DNA of 64,000 nt, from positions 15,934,001 through 15,998,000 of the forward strand of contig NC_043015.1 of the NCBI RefSeq assembly GCF_006345805.1. The letters run 5' to 3'. Source of the stretch: Octopus sinensis (lineage: Eukaryota). The notes under the pieces are model-generated. The model searched no databases. It was given only the letters and a program-made list of their open reading frames with translations, and was not told the origin of the DNA. Shown in pieces: positions 51,823 to 64,000 of this stretch; position 1 is the first letter of the stretch, and each line of letters begins with the position of its first letter. The position numbers and the translations under genes were made by a program.

Positions 51823-52297
51823 TGTTTCTCTTTAAAAGATAACTTAACTGCATATACATAATATGTACGCATGGGTGGATGCATGTATGTATGGACGGAC
51901 AGATATTATGTATGTGTATTACTAAATGTTCCAAACATGTCAAAAACCTAATACATTATCAAGCAATATTCTCTCCTTGAAAAATTTCCTATACATAAAT
52001 ATGCAGTCCAATTCAATTATAAATGAATATATGATTAATACCATTTACTGAAAATAATGTTTAAATTAATCGTTGTCTTAATATGAACATTTAGAATAGC
52101 ATGAAAACATATTTAAAGCCAATTTTAATACGACTAGGATGTTTAATAGCTTAATGAATGAAGCTTTGGTTAGAAAATTAAAAACATTTTCCTTTATACA
52201 TTTTTACATGCTATTTATATCTGAAAAATAATTTGATGCAAATTGCAATGAATTATATTAAACCAAACACTCACATATGTAAACATACATGCATACA

Positions 52298-52339
<42 letters not shown>

Positions 52340-54347
52340 CACACACACATGCATATATACATATACACATACATACACACACACACAAATATATATGTAT
52401 ATACAAATACATGCACACTTATGAAAACACCTTGTAGCTATAGTGATTCATTACTTAAACTTACACAGAGTTAAGTAAATAAAGATGCAATTTGATTTAT
52501 CTATCTTATCTACAGTGTAATATTTCACTGTAGTCTTTCCAGATGGTTTGAATGTACTGCCTTATCAATGTTCCTGGAATACAACCACATATTTAGTGAA
52601 CCTGCAATTAGAATACAGTTTCTTAAACTTTATTTTCCACCAATTCCATTTGCTTTACTCACTGATATGCCTACACTCCAATGGCTTTAACTCACTCTGG
52701 AAAAAAATCATTCTCATTTTCCTTTCCACTTTAATGTTAATAATTCATTATATTATGAGTATTTTATTTGCCTCATTCACTTCCAAGCTTACCTCTTTTC
52801 TTTTTTGTTTTCTAGAATAAATAACAAACTTGGGCCAGTTTAATCAATTATATTCCTCCTCTATCAAACTTGTTCTGTGTCTTGCCAAAAGAAATCAGTG
52901 CTAATTCTTCCATAAAATGTCAGACAAATAACTGGCCTCATCCTTTCATTATGTCCACATGTGTCATGTTCTCCTGTTTGTTACAGAAAAATCACTTTTC
53001 TACTATTTTATTTATGCAGACAAAAATTCAGAGTGATTCTTAAGCTTACTAACAACTTCACTTTCCATCACACTAGTCTTAGTATGACTCCTTTGCTCAC
53101 TCCCCATTCTCCCAATCTCAAAAGATTACTTTTTTTTTTGGGGGGGGGTTAGACTTATGATGAAAAATGTGCAATATTTATGGTTAAACACAGAGAATTT
53201 ATTCATGTTTGCTCTTACAATAAGGGGAGTGGCATTTATGAGGAAAACATGCTGGGCTTCAATTGATGATAACCTGAGAAAGTTAATCATGTTAATTTGA
53301 GCAGTGAAATTTAATTTTAAAAAATTTCCTGCTAAGACAATTGCCACATTTTAAAGTTATTTTATGAGTCTGGTGTGTCAGTATAAATAATAGGAAGATT
53401 GCAGTTAAAACAACAGATAATAATAATACTAATTTTTGCTAACAGTTTTTATTTCTAAACTTATGGCTTAATTTGTTGAAGTGTTCTGTTGAGAATTTTA
53501 CTTTATCAAAGTAAGCTAACATTTTCTACTTTTGACAAATAAAATGAAAAATAAAACAAAACTTTGACAAAAACAAAGAAAAAACCATACTAATTCATGG
53601 AACAATGATATCTGGTTGCTATTAAGAGAAATTGCCAAATTTGTTTATTTAGAAAACATTTCTATTTTATTAGGTCATACCATAAATAATATTTATCTCT
53701 CTCTCTTTCATATATATATATATATATTTATACATACATACATACATACATACATACATACATACAAAGAGAGAAAAGAAAGAGAGAGCGAAAGAAAGAA
53801 CGTGAGTGTGAAAGGAGCAGGAGGGTAACATATAGATAAACATGCACACACACAAGAAACATATATGAAACAACTGTAATATTATTGAGTGACTTGATAA
53901 TTGGTAAAAGAAATAATTTAATAGACCCCATATGACTTACAAAAATGCTTATTCTTTACGAAACTGCCCACATAAATCTGATAATTCACATATATTACTA
54001 GCAGCTAAATGCACGCAGGGGGAAGAAGAACGCCATGGCTGAGATATCTAATAGAATTAGGAAGTAAGGGAGGAAGGTAAGAAAGAAAGATAGAAAGAAA
54101 GAAGGAAAGAAAGAGATTCTGTTTGAGTCTGCATTCCAGTTAATTTTTGGTTTCTATACTGAAAGGATTTCCATGAACCCCTACCAGCACCTTTCCATCA
54201 CTCTCTCTCTCTCTGTCTCTCTCTCTCTATATATATATATACATACATATATATATATACATACATATATATGTATATATATATACATATACATACATAT
54301 AAATATATATATATACATACATATAAATATATATATATATATACATA

Positions 54348-54547
54348 GGCGCAATGGCCTAGTGGTTAGGGCAGCGGACTTGCGGTCGGAGGATCGCGGT
54401 TTCGATTCCCAGACCGGGCGTTGGTTGTGTTATTGAGCGAAAAAACACCTAAAAGCTCCACGAGGCTCCAGCAGGAGGTGGTGATCCCTGCTGTACTCTA
54501 AAGGCGGTGCTCCAGCATGGCCGCAGTGAAATGACTGAAACAAGTAC

Positions 54548-54573
<26 letters not shown>
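54348..54573 (+). mobile_element. Young chimeric tRNA-derived SINE with poly(A) tail
   Basis: A box TGGCCTAGTGG (54355-65), B box GGTTTCGATTCC (54398-409), many CpGs, CR1-type tail from 54498, A-run 54548-54573. Confidence 0.9.
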
Positions 54574-57611
<3,038 letters not shown>

Positions 57612-58771
57612 AAGTCAGGTGGTAGTAGCCAATGGGGCCACCTCCATTAACACACAAATAGTGAGCGGTGTTCCGCAGGGCACTGTTCTGGGACCACTAC
57701 TGTTCATAATGGCCCTCTCAGACATGCCCTCAGCCACGCAGAGAGCCACGATCACAAGTTATGCAGATGATACAAAAGTTTCACAGGCAATACAGAACCC
57801 TGAGGACACTAAACACCTGCAATGTGAGCTGGACGAAATATACAAGTGGGCTGAAAAGAATAGCATGCAGTTCAATGCTGAAAAGTTTCAAGCTTTATAC
57901 TATCAGCATGCAAAACTGAATGCATACCCAATGAATACACTGGACCCGGAGGGATTGCAATCCCAGAGGCACAATCAGTGCGTGACTGGGTATTCACATG
58001 AGTGATGACGCGACCTTTCATGTACATGTTGCTAAACTGACAATGAAATGTAGACGGCTGGCTGGATGGATTCTTAGAACCTTTAGAACAAGAGAACAAG
58101 AAACCATGATGGTCCCTGGAAGACACTTGTCCTAAGCCACTTTGACTATTGCTCTCAGCTATGGTCACCATCCAGTGTCAATTGATCACAGAACTTGAGG
58201 CGATCCAACGAAGCTACACAAAGAAGATAGCCTCTATGCAGAATGTAAGCTACTGGGAAAGACTCAAGAGATTAAAATTATATTCTCTGGAGCGTAGGCG
58301 GGAAAGATATGCCATAATATACATCTGGAAGATCCTGGAGGGAAGTGTCCTGAACTTGGCATCGAGAGTTATGCAAATGCCAGAACAGAACTGGCGCCAC
58401 TGCGTGGTGCCTAGGACTCCAAACCTGCCATCAAGATGTAGGACAAGATTCTGTGATAGCCTGGGCTTCCGAGGCCCACAGCTCTTCAATATCCTCCCGA
58501 AGAACCTGAGAGACCTGCATGAGGTGGATACAGATGTCTTTAAAATGAAGCTGGATCTCTTCCTGTCAGGTGTCCCAGATGAACAACTTCCAGTGGACGG
58601 CAGGAGGCACAGATGAGGGCAGCTGCATCGAACTCTCTCATGCAACCAACATATGGTTGCTAGAAAGACCTCCATGAAGTGAAACAAAGTAGGCAACATC
58701 AAAATGGCGGTGCCCCAGCATGGCCACAGCTCATAAGCTGAAACTAGAATCAATCAATCAATCAATCAATC
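57612..58771 (+). mobile_element. 5'-truncated CR1-clade LINE (RT), copy 1, (AATC)n tail
   Basis: [14 protein letters not shown]...SYADDTKV (RT motifs), several frameshifts, tail GGCGGTGCCCCAGCATGGCCACAGCTCATAAGCTGAAACTAG(AATC)n. Confidence 0.97.
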
Positions 58772-59207
58772 ATATACTATATATATACATATATATATAT
58801 ACATATATATACACCTATATATATACATATACTATACATATATACCATATTATATATACAATATCACTATATATATATTTTACTTTACATATACATACAT
58901 ATAACATCCTATATATATAAATTATACTATGTTTATACATACATATAAAGCATATATATACATATACTATACATACATATACTATATACATACTATATAT
59001 ATATATAGATATACATATACATATATATATATAACTATACATATACATATATATATATTACATAACATATATATATACATATAATTAACATATATATATA
59101 TATTAGATATTATATATATATCTATATATATATACTTATACATAGAATATATAATATACATATATTATATATACATAATATATACATATAATATATATAT
59201 ATACATA

Positions 59208-59238
<31 letters not shown>

Positions 59239-59278
59239 TATATACATATATATATACATTATCCATATATATATATAT

Positions 59279-59329
<51 letters not shown>

Positions 59330-59344
59330 TATAACATATATACA

Positions 59345-59375
<31 letters not shown>

Positions 59376-59576
59376 TACAATTAATATATATATATACATA
59401 TATATATATATACATATATACATATATATATATATACATATATACATATATCAATATATATATATATATGTATATACATATATATATATACATATTCATA
59501 TATATACATACATATTCATATATATATACATACATATTCATATATATATACATATTCATATATATATACATACATA

Positions 59577-59615
<39 letters not shown>

Positions 59616-59768
59616 TCATATATATATATATACATGCATATTCCTATATATATATACATACATATTCATATATATATACATGCATATTCCTTATATATAT
59701 ACATACATATTCATATATATATACATACATATTCATATATATATATATATATATATACATACATATTC

Positions 59769-59802
<34 letters not shown>

Positions 59803-60795
59803 ACATATATATATGCATATATATATATATACATATATATATGCATATATATATACATATATATATGCATATATATATATATGCATATATATATATATAC
59901 ATATACACACATATACATACATATACATATATACATATATATACACATATATACACACATATACATATGCATACATACATATATATACACACACATACAT
60001 ATGCAAACATACATATATATACACACATATACATATGCATACATACATATATATACACACATATACATATGCATACATATATATACACACATATACATAT
60101 GCATACATATATATACACACATATACATATGCATACATACATATATATACACACACATATACATATGTATACATACATGTATATATATATAAGGGGAGAT
60201 AATAAAGTAGTGGTGATCCCAAAATGAAGGTGTGCATGCCTCGGTATAAGAGAGCATGCATGTGCATGTGGAAGAGGGCTGGTGACCTTAACATATGCAC
60301 GTGTGTATGTGTAGATGTGTGGATGATGAGGTGGGGCTAAAAGTGGCTAGCGCTAGTGTGTGTGTGGTGGTGTGATGTGATGTGGTGTTGTGTGGTATGA
60401 TTTATCAACAGATAAATCAACAACAACAAAAATACAGTAACTAAATCAACTCATGAAGCAACAGCAGCTGAACACAGAAGAGTGACAATCACCAATTGGC
60501 GATGGGAAGTGGTTCCCAGTGCAAATATATATACTTTTTCCAATAACAAAAGTCACTGATCTTGAAAATGTGGAAACAAGCAATAATAAATCTCTGAGCG
60601 AGATGGGAAATATACTTCACGTTGTTGTGCTGCTACTGTTTATACCTCGCCCAGAGATTTATTAAATATATACATATGTATATGTATATATATACACATA
60701 CATACATATATATATATACATGCATACACATATATATACATATATATATACATGCATACATATACATATATATATGTATATATATACACATATAC

Positions 60796-60827
<32 letters not shown>

Positions 60828-61114
60828 ATATATATACATACATATTCATATATATATACATATACATATATACATATACATATATATACATATACATATA
60901 TATACATATATATACATATATATACATATACATACATATATATATATACATATACATATATATATACATATATATACATATATATACATATACATATACA
61001 TATGTATACATATATATACATATACATATATATATATACATATACATATACATATACATTTATATACATATACATATGTATACATATACATTTATATATA
61101 CATATACATATACA

Positions 61115-61146
<32 letters not shown>

Positions 61147-61827
61147 CATATACATATATACATATACATATACATATATACATATACATATACATATATA
61201 TATACATATATATATACATGCATACATAGACATACATATATATACATATACATATATATACATATACATATATACATATATATATACATATATTATATAT
61301 ATACATATATATATTACATACATATATATATACATACATATATATATATATATTACATATATATATATATACATATATAACATATATATATATATATACA
61401 TATATATTATATACATATTATACATACTATATATACATATATATATATACATATAATACATATACATATACACTACCTATACATATATATACATATACAT
61501 ATATATACATATACATACATATATATATACATACATATACATATATATACATATATACATATATATATACATATTATATATTACATATGCATATATATAT
61601 ATACATATGCAATATATATATACATATGCATAGATATATATCCATATATATATAAATATGCATTATATATACATATGCATATATATATACATATGCATAT
61701 ATATATACATATACATATATATATATATATATACATATATTACATATATATATACATATATATATATACATATATATATACATATATATATATACATATA
61801 TATATACATATATATATATACATATAT

Positions 61828-62978
61828 AAGTCAGGTGGTAGTAGCCAATGGGGCCACCTCCATTAACACACAAATAGTGAGCGGTGTTCCGCAGGGCACT
61901 GTTCTGGGACCACTACTGTTCATAATGGCCCTCTCAGACATGCCCTCAGCCACGCAGAGAGCCACGATCACAAGTATGCAGATGATACAAAAGTTTCACA
62001 GGCAATACAGAACCCTGAGGACACTAAACACCTGCAATGTGAGCTGGACGAAATATACAAGTGGGCTGAAAAGAATAGCATGCAGTTCAATGCTGAAAAG
62101 TTTCAAGCTTTATACTATCAGCATGCAAAACTGAATGCAATACCCAATGAATACACTGGACCCGGAGGGATTGCAATCCCAGAGGCACAATCAGTGCGTG
62201 ACCTGGGTATTCACATGAGTGATGACGCGACCTTTCATGTACATGTTGCTAAACTGACAATGAAATGTAGACGGCTGGCTGGATGGATTCTTAGAACCTT
62301 TAGAACAAGAGAACAAGAAACCATGATGGTCCTCTGGAAGACACTTGTCCTAAGCCACTTTGACTATTGCTCTCAGCTATGGTCACCATCCAGTGTCAAG
62401 TTGATCACAGAACTTGAGGCGATCCAACGAAGCTACACAAAGAAGATAGCCTCTATGCAGAATGTAAGCTACTGGGAAAGACTCAAGAGATTAAAATTAT
62501 ATTCTCTGGAGCGTAGGCGGGAAAGATATGCCATAATATACATCTGGAAGATCCTGGAGGGAAGTGTCCTGAACTTTGGCATCGAGAGTTATGCAAATGC
62601 CAGAACTGGGCGCCACTGCGTGGTGCCTAGGACTCCAAACCTGCCATCAAGATGTAGGACAAGATTCTGTGATAGCCTGGGCTTCCGAGGCCCACAGCTC
62701 TTCAATATCCTCCCGAAGAACCTGAGAGACCTGCATGAGGTGGATACAGATGTCTTTAAAATGAAGCTGGATCTCTTCCTGTCAGGTGTCCCAGATGAAC
62801 CAACTTCACGGCAGGAGGGGCAGATGAGGGCAGCTGCATCGAACTCTCTCATGCACCAAATAGCAGTTGCTAGAAAGCCTCCATGAAGTGAAACCAAGTA
62901 GCAACACCAAATGGCGGTGCCCCAGCATGGCCACAGCTCATAAGCTGAAACTAGAATCAATCAATCAATCAATCAATC
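61828..62978 (+). mobile_element. 5'-truncated CR1-clade LINE (RT), copy 2
   Basis: ORF 62080-62886 has VRDLGI, LWKTLVLSHFDYCSQLWSP, YSLERRRER and VPDEP motifs; one frameshift near YADD. Confidence 0.97.
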
Positions 62979-63025
62979 ATATACATATATATATACATAT
63001 ATATATATACATATACATATATATA

Positions 63026-63058
<33 letters not shown>

Positions 63059-63595
63059 ACATATATATATACATATACATATACATACATATACATATAT
63101 ATATACATATACATACATATATATATATATACATATATATAATATACCTATACATATATACATATAATATATACATAATATATATACATATACTATACAT
63201 ATATATATACTATACATATACATATATATATACATATACATATACATATATATACTATATATATATATATCTATTTATATATATATATATATATAATATA
63301 CATATATAGATACAAATATATATACATATTATATATACATATACATTATATATATTATATACATATATAAAATATATATATATTATTACATATACATATA
63401 TATATACATATACATATATATATAATATACATATAAATATATATATATATATACATATATACATATACATATATACATATTATATATATATATACACACA
63501 CACACATAATATATATATATATATACACACACACACATATATATATATATATACATACATATATATATATATGTGTATATACATATACATATATA

Positions 63596-64000
63596 TGCAC
63601 CAAGTGTAAGCTATGAACACATAAGAGGTGCAGCAATGTCAAAGGAAGGCTATCTAGAAAGATAGTTTTTGTATGTGGTAGATGCTCAGGAGCAATAAAC
63701 ACTGAAAATGCCCAGAGACCAACTTCCGCCACATTCCAGGGAGAAAAATTAGAAATAGTTGATAGATTTCATTATGTAGCTGACCAAGTCAATAGCGGGG
63801 TGTGTGTGCTTAAAGTGTAACTTCTAGAGTAAGAATAGCCTGGGCAAAGTTCAGAGAGCTCTTACCTCTGCTGGTGACAAAAGGCCTCTTGCTCAGAGTA
63901 AAAGGCAGACTGTATGATGCAGGTGTACGAACAACCATGCAACATGGTCGTGAAACATGGGCTGTGACTGCTGAGGATATGCGTAAGCTAGCAAGAAATG
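63596..64000 (+). mobile_element. RTE-clade LINE fragment (runs off the window)
   Basis: CTKCKL*THKRC...FVCGRC...EKLEIVDRFHYVADQVNSG / frameshift / AWAKFRELLPLLVTKGLLLRVKGRLYDAGVRTTMQHGRETW. Confidence 0.93.

Noticed and set aside
54348-54420. Possible genuine tRNA gene
   Set aside because: No acceptor-stem closure, and it continues into a SINE body and tail; treated as a SINE head.

Overview
This is AT-rich eukaryotic DNA (inferred octopod cephalopod, probably Octopus, from the SINE/LINE families and giant TA/CA microsatellites) with a 100-N gap at 33345-33444. No host protein-coding gene could be identified. Almost all long ORFs in the track are translations of microsatellites. The only recognisable protein sequences belong to retroelements and transposons: CR1-clade LINE RT (two copies in a ~4.2 kb tandem duplication, a sister-family 3' end and an ancient copy), RTE-clade LINE fragments, and mariner transposase C-termini. 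The window also holds many tRNA-derived SINEs, hAT/mariner/piggyBac-type MITEs and an ~800 bp fold-back element with TTAGGG repeats. The most interesting signal is a set of minimal hammerhead-ribozyme (HHR) motifs of the Penelope-like type, with palindromic stem III. Three sit in ~200 bp fold-back mini-elements, one (7108-7194) looks essentially complete, and three carry a compensatory U3-A8 core instead of C3-G8. CpG drops sharply after ~9-13 kb, next to a GC-box/donor-site region at 8.6-9.0 kb, suggesting a promoter followed by a long methylated gene body (inference). All structure calls were made by eye.
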